A stretch of 64,000 nt of DNA. It comes from Chrysomallon squamiferum. Lineage: Eukaryota; Animalia; Mollusca. A model generated the notes under the pieces. The model did no database searches. It was not told the DNA's origin and saw only the letters and a list, made by a program, of their open reading frames with translations. Each line of letters opens with the position of its first letter. Positions within the stretch are counted from its first letter, which is position 1. Shown here one piece after another: positions 23,459-34,529 of the stretch. The DNA lies in NCBI GenBank assembly GCA_012295275.1, contig CM022668.1, positions 9,734,001-9,798,000 of the forward strand, given 5' to 3'. Made by a program: the position numbers and the translations under genes.

Positions 23459-26400
23459 AACATCAAAATTGACAAGTTTTAGGTTTAAATGTTTTCAGCA
23501 ATTATATAATGACAATTTTAAATACAAAACTTTTATTAAATAGATGGCATACTTAGTATTTAAGACCAAAATAATGCCTATATTTGATTTGATTACAAGA
23601 GTTCCTGAAGTAACAATTCTAACTGCAGAAAGAAATATTAAAAATACATTTTTTAAAAACTTACAGATGGCTTGAACTATCATTGTATCCACTTTGTCTG
23701 GACTGAACTTCAACTTATATCTTGACAAACTGAAAAATTACAATCACATGACTAAAAAATCAAACATTAAAATCTATTTAAACATTAACAATAAGTGATG
23801 CAATAAGAACATCTCTATGAAAATCTTACTTCAAATTACTAGACCAAAAAGAACACAGCCAAGATTTAAAAATAACCTAATCTACTGCAAATTTCCAGAA
23901 ATTGTCAAAGCTAAGACAAGTTACCTGTGAGCTAAGCCTAAAGCCATGGCAGCCATTTCTTTCTGTGGTAGACCAGTGATCAAACTGTCCATCTGTGAGC
24001 GAATACACCTCATCAGTTCCTGAACACTGGAGTTTGATAAACACTGCATGTTAAACTTGTCCTGCAACAGTAAACACACTCCATTACAATTTTAATTTTC
24101 ATAAAATTGCAGAGAAATATTTCCACAATTATTCAAATTTGTTCTTTATTATGTTTATATCTGATATGTAAATGTAAATATTTTACTCAAATATTTAATT
24201 CATTTTGGTTCAAACATGGAATTTTTTTTTTTCAATGAAATGGTCAAAATTCACACGTATATAAAACCTTAATAAATTCGATGTTCTTAATTAGTAAAAA
24301 AAAAAAAATATTAAAAATTTAAATGTCGGCAAGTTATTCAAGATTATGAAATGTTTTGAAACATTTGTATTTGCAATTTACAAGATAATTATGTGTATTA
24401 AAAAAATTAACATGCAAAATTTCAAATTTACATACATACTAATACAAACAATTGCACTTCAAAAAATTTGATAACCATTTCTACTGTGCAAACAGCTTGA
24501 CATTTATTTATCAGTGGCCAATATCTGACAAAATGCTTACCTTGATGACACTGCCAAGTTTAGCATCAGCAACTAATAGTTGTTCCTGAGCATCTGTGGC
24601 AATCAGTTTTTTCATCATTTTCTTCAACGTTTTACTCATCTTTCCTTCCACTACAGCTGTAGCAGCTGGAAAATAAAATTTTATAAAAATTATTTTTATT
24701 TGAAAGTAAATTTAGGAATAATAGCATAAGGAAGAATAGGGATAATAGGTTTTCTTAAAATCAATCATGGATGTGCATACATACATGTACAAACAGTTCT
24801 GTATTAAATTTCAAAATTTGAGATTAATTTCAGCACATTTTAAAACTCAACAAATACAAGGATGTAGTTTGTTGTGGAAGATAAGTGCCATTTTATAATT
24901 TTAGTTATATTTTAAAATGTTGGTGTTTTTTTTACCTGAAAGAGCTTCTGTCATGTCCTTGAATTTCTGAAAGTGTCTCAGTTTCACTCTGAAATAATAA
25001 AATTATTGAAATGATGTCAAACTAATACATTTCAACATGACTAGAATACTTGCGGTTTCAAGAAGGTCATATCACTTCAGCACAAAATTATAAAACTTTT
25101 GTTATTTCTGAACATATTAATAATTTGTGTTTTAAAGTAAAACTACTGTGTATATGGTCTTCCATTTAAAAAAAAATAAAAAAAAATTTAACTGGAGCTT
25201 TAGTATTAACTTTGAAATATACTTTTATTTTAGAAATTCAAATTTATCAGGTTTTCGAATGTTCTTACACTTAAAATTGTCCTACTTTAAATAGTCAATA
25301 TGTTTAATACAAATTTATTAATAGTAATGCATCTTTTAACAATTATAAACATTCATATATATGTGTTGGTGTAAATGTATTCTGCCTCAGAGGTAGTGAC
25401 GAATAAGTATCTTCAAAAACATCAGCAAGTTAAAAAAGTTATACATCATTGGCGGAACATTTACAACACATGACAAAATAACTTGCATATTACAAGTGAA
25501 AGCTTACATTTTGCTTGCTTGATCTGGATTTTCAAAGTCTAAGTAGAGATTTTCTGTTTTCTGCAACTTCTTTTCCTTTAGAAGCTAAAATATACAATTA
25601 AAAAAATATATATTAACTTATTTGCAATAATCATTTTAAAAATGTCATTCTAGTTTGTTTTATTGTTTTTGTTGAGTAAAACAAAATTACAAATGTAATC
25701 ACAGCCAGTAGATGGTTAAGAAGATAGACATTTTTTTTGAAGCTGCCATCTGGAATTGATTTTGTTGACTATTCCCTGTTTCAGTGTAAATTTCTGTTTT
25801 CCTTCAGAGGAAAATTCACAAACTGAACAAGCCAACTTGGCTGATCTGCAAGTTTGACTTGTTCGTGAAAAACTCAAATATCAGCAACTACAGACAGTGC
25901 AGTTCAGGCTTTGGATTAAGTACACCGATTAAATGCTGAATGAGCTTTATTGAAGTGCATTTTATCATAGGACAGTTTTGTTTTTGAATTTACACTGATG
26001 ATGCTAGTTTGCCTGTTAAGTGAACATAAAATACATTATACAAAATCAGTGTGTGGTCTGTGACTTTGAACAGGGATGTTTCGAGAGACATTAAATACTG
26101 GTACTCTTGTGTTCATTTGTAACTTCGGAAATACGTGGCCCATTTGGATGCAGACATCAAGCTTTAATACATTACATTATCAACACAAACTGATGAATTG
26201 ATTCAGATATAACTGCTCAAAAATATTTTTCAACTTGTTCAGCAGTTACAGAAATAATAAAAAGTACAAGAGAATGTAGATTTTTGTCAGTAACATTTGT
26301 CTTTTCTAAAAAAAATTACTAATTATTATTTTAAAATGATATAATTTGAATATGTTCATATGCGTAACTAAAACCTATTCATGCAGCATAACTGATGATT

Positions 26401-26868
26401 ATTATATACTGAAGTTCAATTTATTTATTTAGTTTAATTATTTTAATACTAATACTGTAATAACTAAATAATTAAGTTTGCTGGGGTTTATTTAAATTAT
26501 TACATTCAAATTCCAAGTATCGCATAGTTCGCCTGATGAAAAGCATTTAAAACACACATTTTCAAAATTAATAATAATGAAATAAAAACATCAGTTCAAC
26601 ATATTTAAGTTTTACCAAAGTTCCACTGAATAATATCGATATTAAAAGATTAAAAACAAATTAATTTTTATTTTTAGAAAAGGCTGAAAACCACGTGGCC
26701 GTTAATGCGACTATGCGTGGCTGGATAACTTGATTTTTTAAATAACTGCAAAGATTGTCATAAGCATAATATTGAATCATGACAGTTATGCAATATTCTG
26801 AATCCTAATAATTATTTATTTACCTTGAAAACAGCGTAACCCGCTGGGGTTTCAAACAAAACCAACAT
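15691..26868 (-). CDS. NOP58: nucleolar protein 58 (box C/D snoRNP core protein), 15 coding exons
   Basis: Exons: 26824-26868 ([15 protein letters not shown]), 25508-25584, 24936-24988, 24541-24665, 23925-24061 (...MALGLAHS), 23665-23729 ([21 protein letters not shown]), 22988-23122 ([27 protein letters not shown]), 22449-22594 (AEISMGTEI), 21753-21879, 19460-19623 ([30 protein letters not shown]), 18811-18945, 17999-18060, 16994-17127, 16280-16372, 15691-15746 (Lys-rich tail). All are GT-AG and phase-consistent. The exact stop depends on a poly-T run: 15691 as assembled, 15669 if one base is wrong. Confidence 0.97.
17180..17720. repeat. highly degenerate minisatellite (TGTCAACTAATCATTT-like core) in NOP58 intron 12
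   Basis: Recurring TGTCAA(C/T)TAATCATT variants, read by eye. Confidence 0.5.
19948..20017 (-). ncRNA. box C/D snoRNA candidate, NOP58 intron 9, divergent paralog of the two 5.8S guides
   Basis: Minus strand: TCACTA gca GTGATGA caaaGTCCTCCAATT CTGA aaattgt TGATGT ccaattcagt CTGA ga TAGTGA. Contains boxes C, D', C' and D plus a 6-bp terminal stem. Confidence 0.7.
20812..20871 (-). ncRNA. box C/D snoRNA, SNORD96-like guide for the 5.8S rRNA Gm75-equivalent site (copy A)
   Basis: Minus strand: TGCT g ATGATGA cagga TGTCCTGCAATT CTGA ttcat TGATGA tgactttg CTGA AGCA. The 12-nt D' guide is the exact complement of conserved 5.8S AAUUGCAGGACA; the D+5 rule selects the G of UUGCA. Confidence 0.85.
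21401..21462 (-). ncRNA. box C/D snoRNA, SNORD96-like guide for the 5.8S rRNA Gm75-equivalent site (copy B)
   Basis: Minus strand: TTGCT a ATGATGA tcgga TGTCCTGCAATT CTGA ttagt TGATGA tgacatat CTGA AGCAA. Boxes and D' guide are identical to copy A while the spacers differ. Confidence 0.85.
25380..25457 (-). ncRNA. SNORD70: box C/D snoRNA, SNORD70-like guide for the 18S rRNA Am512-equivalent site, NOP58 intron 2
   Basis: Minus strand: TTCCGCC a ATGATGT ... CTGA ... TGAAGA tactta TTCGTCACTACCT CTGA GGCAGAA. The 13-nt D guide is complementary to 18S AGGUAGUGACGAA; D+5 selects the A of GGUAG. Terminal stem has one mismatch and box C is imperfect. Confidence 0.85.
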
Positions 26869-26869
26869 C

Positions 26870-27049
26870 TTGGAAAATTAAATGTACAATGAAACACGAG
26901 GCCGCGCTACAATTGTTTCATAAACGCATGCGTATCAATGAATACAAAACTGTAATTGTGATCGAAACGAAAAATATTAATTTCCCCACTGAATTCACGT
27001 AATTATTACTGTTGTGGACTTGCGGAATGAATATCGTCAAAACATTAAT

Positions 27050-27098
<49 letters not shown>

Positions 27099-28200
27099 GA
27101 AAGAAAACTACTAAATAAATAAATAAAAATTAAAAAAATAAAAGTTTAATACTGTTGAAATATTCTATGTACAACAACCGAATTCCTTCGATATATAATT
27201 ACGTCATAGCCTACGAATGCTCCGAACGCGCACCACTTTAGCAGACGACAGTAAATGAGTGGGATTTTTACAGCAGTGTATCTAATTTAATAATAATAAC
27301 AACATATATGATATTAATTACACAAAATTTAAAAAAATAGAAAAAAAAAAAAAATAAACATTGTTAAAAAAGTTTATTATCCAAAAATTCCCGAGTTACT
27401 CTATGTGTGCTGTAGATCCCGCATTTACAGTAATATTAACAAAAACGAATAGAATTTATCAATAACATCGTTTTCGTATTTCGGAATGATGATCAAATTA
27501 TAGTGAAGTTAAGTTTTGAGTTCAACACGGCTATTTACTACGAATATATTTTATTCCTATAGTACATATGATAAAGTAAATTATAAAATGATATACAGTA
27601 AATAAATGCCTTTACTATATGAATCAATCATAATTATTTCAATTTGCATTTGGATAATTTTTTTTATTTCGTAAGCTTCGTTTGCCGATCAGTGTGAATT
27701 GGAAAAATAGAAGAAACTAATATGAAAAGAAAGGAGATTGGTTTGGGCCCTGTATACATATATTTCTTCCTAAATGAAATATTAAGTCAATATAATTTCA
27801 ACTGAGATAGTTCGTATTATGGTTTACTAATCTTAATAATTAATAGTAATAATAATATATCTTACTTCATATATCTTTATATATAATCAAAACAGAATTT
27901 TGAAAGAAACAGTTTATATAAGATGTATTAAAATATAGGTTATATAGTTGTTTCTTGTTAAATGCGTACATACATGCGTGGGCGTGTGAAAGCCGTTTCA
28001 TAATTTCGTCATATGTTTTCGCACCTAATTCTCTCCATGTTTTCAAACAACTGATGATAAAATCTCGTAAGATCACATGAGAGTTCATTAACCACTTCCT
28101 GCTTCTAGTTTATCAGCTCGATGACAGCGATTAGGTTGCGAGCTTGTTTCTGACCATTTCGTTTTATGTTTGACGTTTGTGATGCACTGTGATGTAAGTT
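26870..28200. promoter_or_regulatory. putative divergent promoter region between NOP58 and a candidate non-coding first exon of the SOCS7-like gene
   Basis: Local CpG enrichment; NRF1-like palindrome ACGCATGCGT (about 26924-26933); CRE-like TACGTCA (about 27200); ETS core ACTTCC (about 28094); strong + strand donor GAT|GTAAGT at 28193/28194. The link to SOCS7 is inferred. Confidence 0.5.
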
Positions 28201-28989
28201 TTGTAGATTATTTTGAATTCGCTACATTGTTTTATAGATTTTCTATTTATGCTTTAGTCAAATGGAAAGGCCAGTGCATTAAAAATTACTTTTAACACCA
28301 AAACAGCGATATTTATGAAGTCTGTACATATTAATAATGATAATGATACTCATAATGATACTTTGCATTAACTGGTTTAAACGGTTAGTAGAACATGATA
28401 GATAAGAGTAATTTGTCTAATGTTCGAAAACTCACATTAACTGTTATTTATTTATAAAAGTGACATCCATTATGACCAGGAAATAAATAGTTTAGGAGAG
28501 GAAGGGAATTCTGAATAAGCTGTCTATAATTTTAAACAGTTTAAAAAATATTATTATTTTATTATTTATTTTTAATATTTTTATTCTTATTTTGTTGTAG
28601 TATTTTGTTCCTTGTGACAGTGGACGAAGGCTAACAAATTTTATAATATTACTATATTATTATTACAAGTTTTCTAGTTACATGTATGTTGAGTATATTT
28701 ATTTTGGATTCAGTTGCAGAGATTTTGAATATTATGATTCAGACATTACACTGCATGTAATCGTTTGTTAAACCAGTGCTGATGAATATTAACTGAAAAA
28801 TAAAAGCTCAAACAATGAATCTAATGGGATTAGAAACATATACATGTAAAGATGTACAACTACAAATACATGCTGAGCATTAGAAAACAAGTACTTTTTA
28901 AAAGTTTTTTGTAGACAGTGTCGGATGTTTTTTAACAGACTTCACTTACTTAAGTTCTTTAGACTGGTTCAGAAGCCTGAATGTTGTAT

Positions 28990-29195
28990 TAAAGAAAGGA
29001 ACTATTTTGTTTAAGAACACACTTAACACATTCTATTTACTGTTAATTTTATATGGCATTGGGTATATGGTTTAGGATCACCAAGATACAGAACAAGAGA
29101 AGGCTAGCGTTTGAATTAACAGCAAGATTCCACATCAGGGATTGATCCTGTGACATACGACATCTCAAATGGATAAACTAAAACTGAGCCATGCC
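28990..29195. mobile_element. degenerate SINE-like interspersed repeat
   Basis: AAAGAAAGGAA...TTTAAGAACACACTTAACACATT...ATGGCATT...ATATGGTTTAGGATCAC...GGATTGATCCTG...ACTGAGCCA resembles a reverse-oriented tRNA-derived gastropod SINE; recalled, not searched. Confidence 0.5.
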
Positions 29196-29199
29196 ACAA

Positions 29200-29246
<47 letters not shown>

Positions 29247-32200
29247 ACACCCTAACAGTATCATAATAATAAGGAGAAATGTAACAGGAATAAAAATTTC
29301 TGTGAGCATATCAGTAATTAACAAATAGCAGTAATGATATATTTTCAAACTAGTTTAATATCGTTTTATGCATACTATAATATAAAAAGATATCTAACTG
29401 TCCCCTAACCAGAAACAGAATTGGTTTTTAGTCATTTTTGATTTACACCATCAAAAAACTGATCAAGTTTACTTGTAATATAAACAGTCTGATTAGCAGA
29501 CATCAAATAACATGAAATAAGAAAGCCTTGAGGCTTTTTAGAAGCACTAGACATAATGAAAAAAATGTGTTGGTAGAGTATGTTAAATCAGTGTTAAATA
29601 CTCTGAGAATAGCTATTTGAATAAATAGTTATTGAATAGCAACAGTAAATGCATTAATAGCCAGGTTTTGGCTCCTTACAAGTGTTGCAATGATTTTATG
29701 TTCAGCCTATTTTTAACATTCGATGATTGTTAATTATATATTTTATTTCAGATTTTTTCTTTTTTTACTATTAATTTTTTTTCCTTTTTCCTCTTTCTTT
29801 AGTTTTAAGTTAAATGAAAAAGTTATTTCTTAAATTTTCAAAATATTTACTGTTTTTTTTTTAAATAAATGTTGTTTAGTTGTAGTTTTATATATTTATT
29901 TATTTTTCTCAGTATTTCATTAAGATTGTACTACTTTACATAGTAACTAAATGTACAAGTTTTATAAGTAAAAAAATTTTAAATTACTTTTTAAAAACAG
30001 TTTTAAGATTAGCAAAATGTAAGAGAGAAATGAAGGTTAGGAACAAGTAATACAACCAGATGTCATTAAATGAAATTTAACATTGTCAAAAAAAAAAACT
30101 TTCTCCTATTTCCATGGGCATATTTTGCTCAGCACACTAAAGTCTGAAATGAAACATTGACACCGGTTCAGGTACCATGATTTCGTTTTTTCTCTCTCTA
30201 GTCCTCCCTTTTTCTTCCTTTCTGTTGATCTGCCCTGCATTCTTTGCTAGACATCAGAGTCCAGATGTATATTTTGCTAAATTAGGGGGAAAGACTTCAG
30301 TCGTAAAACAGTTTAGGTCGGTCATTACAGGACTCTGTCTCTGCATTCAGATTAAGCAGACATTACAGCTTTATCTGAGGAATGTTCTTATTTCCAAGGC
30401 AACCATTAAAATCTGAGCACAGCCAGTGCCAGTTCTGAGTTCAAATTTTACAGTATAAACTTTAAATTTAGTTATATAAGTAATATCAGTCTTGTCTTTC
30501 CAGTCTTTAAGATACATGAAAATAGTATAAAATTAAATTTAGTTATAGGAAAGTAATATCATACTCCTCTGCAGTGATTCATCTGTAAACTGAAAAATTG
30601 TAAGTATGGGGATCATATCAAGAATTATATTATGAGAAATGTACACGACAACAGTGTTGTGTTTTTAACCAGTCTAACATACTAACATTCTAACATTGTC
30701 TGCACCATCTGGATTAAATACTAAACATGTTAATAATCTGTTACGTATTATGTGAAAAACTTGTTATTAGTTGTATTATTTTTTAATTAATTAATTTATA
30801 ACACAAACTTTTTACTTATATAATTACAGATTAATATTTTTCATGCTGTAAGTGTTACTAATAAGAAGGGTAGACAAAATGTGAAATGACAAAATGAAAA
30901 CATTGGAAACATACGGTTGGTTATAATATCAACCATTGTGGTGATGCCTTGGTCAAAATAAAACCTGTAGAAATAATATATACACTTCAAAACTTATAAA
31001 AGAGAATAATTAGCTATCTATTTTTGTGGGTTGTTATGCAGTCCTAGAGAAAATCCTGTATATAAAATAATATGGCTGGATCAGATATAGATATAATTTA
31101 TCTAAATAGCAGATTATGTCACTGACTGATCAAAGGAAATTTCCTAATTTTATTGAGAAACATACAGAGTGAAAACTGACATTTTTCACCTAAGTAATAC
31201 TTCAGAAGTTGACATTTTAATTGCTGACAGTTTCACCCACTGATATTTTGTTCAACATGCATGTATTAAATATAACAAAGAAGGCTTCCTTTGAATTGAG
31301 CAGTCTAAAAGTATTTTTGGATTTGTATACAAGGCAGTTTTTTTTTTTTTTTAAACTCTTTAAATTTAAGTTTTATATATTATTGATGTTACAGTGTCTT
31401 AAGTGATGACAGTAGTCGAACAGTTAGTCAAGTGTATTCAGCAAGCAGTTGACAGTTTCTGTTTGTTGCTAAGACAGTGAAGGGAAATACAGTTATATTT
31501 CTGGAAAGAAAAACAAATGATGCACAGTAAGTTTATCTAGAACTCTTTGGAATTTAATGAATAAAATTTGTTCATTTGCTGAAAATTAGATTTACAGCTG
31601 TCATACATTTGTTGTTTATCACAAAGTCTTGTTAATTTATTCTGTCTAGAAGAATTACATCTATCTTCTGCAGAAAATGGAGGCACTTGTAATTATCACA
31701 AAATTGTAAAAAAAATTCTAAATGATAAAGTAAATTAATGAATTGAGCAAACTGGTTATATTTTACAAGTTTTAATTATTTTTGTTATTATTGTCATAGA
31801 TTTAATGTTCATCTAAAAGATTTTGATTTTTATTTCACCACGTATCTAAAAGACTTAGTAAGTTAATAAATCAAGCAAAATTGTGGTTGTGTTTTACAGA
31901 CATTTTGTAGGCCCAAGTGATTTGTCTTCTAATGTTTTTTATTTTTGTTTTATTTTTATTTTATTTTTTTTTATATTATTTATCTGAAGGACACAGAATC
32001 TGATGTTTACATACTGGCTCATAGAGTCATAAGAAAGTTCCTTTGAATTTTATTCTGTCAAAAAACAAGTTAAAAAATGCATTGAAGGTATTGAACAGCT
32101 CTTTCAATTTCATTTGTAAATATAATGTAAGCATTTTCTAAATACATATGTTTATGTGTGTGTGTATTTAAAAAAAAAAAAAATTATATTTATTATTTTT

Positions 32201-34529
32201 TTTAACACTTTCTGGTCAATTACTTTACATAGCTGTGTTATTTATTTATTTACTATTTTATTTTGTCTTTGTTGCTTTTTCTTTTTTTTTTTCTTCTTCT
32301 TTCTATTTCACGTTTTTTAATTTATTTTTAATTTATTTTGTAAATGAAGTTTTACTGGTATATAAAACAAATCTAAACAGATTTTAAATGTTAGATGTAG
32401 ATTTATACCCTTTACTGCAGATTCAGGGCTAACTGTAAAACACAGTACACCAGGGTACTGTTCAACTATATTTAGTACTTTCTTGTAACCAGAGATATGA
32501 GTGTGTGTAACTGAAGAAAAGATTAAAAAAAAAAAAAAAAAAAAAATCCCCGGTGACTAATACACCTGGGTATTTCATTCAACCTATTTTCACTTTAGTT
32601 CTGTTACTTTTTGTATAGGTGACATGAGTAATTTGGTTTCTTTTAGAAGGGCATCATATAAATAGGAAAAAGATATTAAAAATGACTAAACAAGGAGGAA
32701 ATAAAAAGAAATGTTTCCTTATTGAACTAAATATTGAGCTTTACATAAACTCCAGTGTTTCTTTATCTGTGTTATTTACTGTGTAAGTATTCCTATTTAC
32801 TCACCCATTTATTTATGTATACATGTATAGCTGCTTCTCTCCTGTGCTAGTACAGTGTTTATCTATGTTCATCTTAAACAGTAATTATCTTTTTAAGTAA
32901 GTAGTTGTAGTAGTTGTAGTATCAGATTGTATTATGTTTATCCTTTTTTAATCAAATGGATATTAAGATAATTTTTTTAATATAGATAACTGTATACAGT
33001 TACATTAGTTTATTTATTTAAGATACTATTCTGGTTTTGATATATTTATTTAAAACTGATATATTTATTTTGTTACAGTAACTAATGCAGATATTTGTTT
33101 AGGTTAAAAAAATCAAAACAAATCTTTACATTTGAATATTAAAAAATATTTATTTTACTTTCAGTATTAATAACAATAAGGTGCTACTACTATTGTTACT
33201 ACTGCTACTGCTACTGTTACTGCAACTGTTACTAATAATATAGTGACAATAGCACTAGTATTAAAAATAACAAATAATAACAACGACAGTACTGATAATA
33301 ATTAAAAGTTTAATAACATTTGATATTAATAATACAAAAAGAATGTTATAACTTTCTGTTCTGTTTTGTAAATAATACATTTAATAATCATAATAATAAT
33401 AATAATCAGTTTAATAGTATTTGATAATATTAATACAAAAAGAAGGTTGTAACTATCTATGGCTTTGTTTTGTGAAGGTGTCTGTCAGTACAGATAAACA
33501 GTATATATTTGATAAACAAACAGTGTGGCTGTGATGTTGTCAGTTAACACTTCTCTTTGTGTTTATTTTGACTCTCACACATCATACAGAGGAATACGTT
33601 TTATTTTAAATACAGTTCATGTAGCGAAATAGCAATATTTTATTTGTATATATTATGTCCAAGTAGTCCAGATTTAAATTTAGCACACATTAGAATTTTG
33701 CAGACAACTGTGTAAGACTGCTTTAAAATATATTTTTGTTTCATATTGCCCATGAAAAATTCTGTAATTTCATTTTATATTAAAACATTTGTACTGGTCT
33801 GATCCAGATAGAAGTATGTCCACAAGATGTATTAACACACAGAAAACATGAAGCTCAGACACTAATACACACTAAACAGGTTCATGCTGCACAAAACAGG
33901 AATTTAGAGCAGATAAGATTTTCACTGTGTTGTTAGTTACATAAAGTTACATATCAGCTGGACCTACTGTAACATTTTACCTACTTACTGTTTGTCACAA
34001 AAATACCACAAAGCTACTGTATTTAAACAAACGTGCTTTTACAACAAAACAAAAACTTGAAATCTGAAATGAAACAGTGGTTTGTGTTTCTAGAAAGATT
34101 TTGGTGAATTGTTTGGTTTTCAGTTACAAGCTTAATGTAGTGCTTGAAGATGTTAAAATGTGCGTGACTGTGTAATAAAGGAAAAAAACACGGTAATAAA
34201 TGCAGGTACACATTCAATGGAGTTGTCATAATTAAGAGCAGAGTTATAGTTTGCCAAGTTATGTCAGTTGTTGTGCTGAATACAGTGTTAGAGTTTCAGC
34301 CTGTATTTAACAGTGCGATTGAATAAATCATTTTTGAAGCAGATTATAGAATCGATATGTTGTTATATTTATTTCTGCCACATGCTATTGTTAGTGTAGG
34401 AGTTTTTAATAATTATTGTTAATATCATTTTCAGAATGAAGATTTTTCAGGAAAGCTCAGTGTTTACAAGAAGGTTCCAGATGAAAGGTTCTTGAGAAAT
34501 ATAAACTAAAATTTTGAATCTCGAAAACA

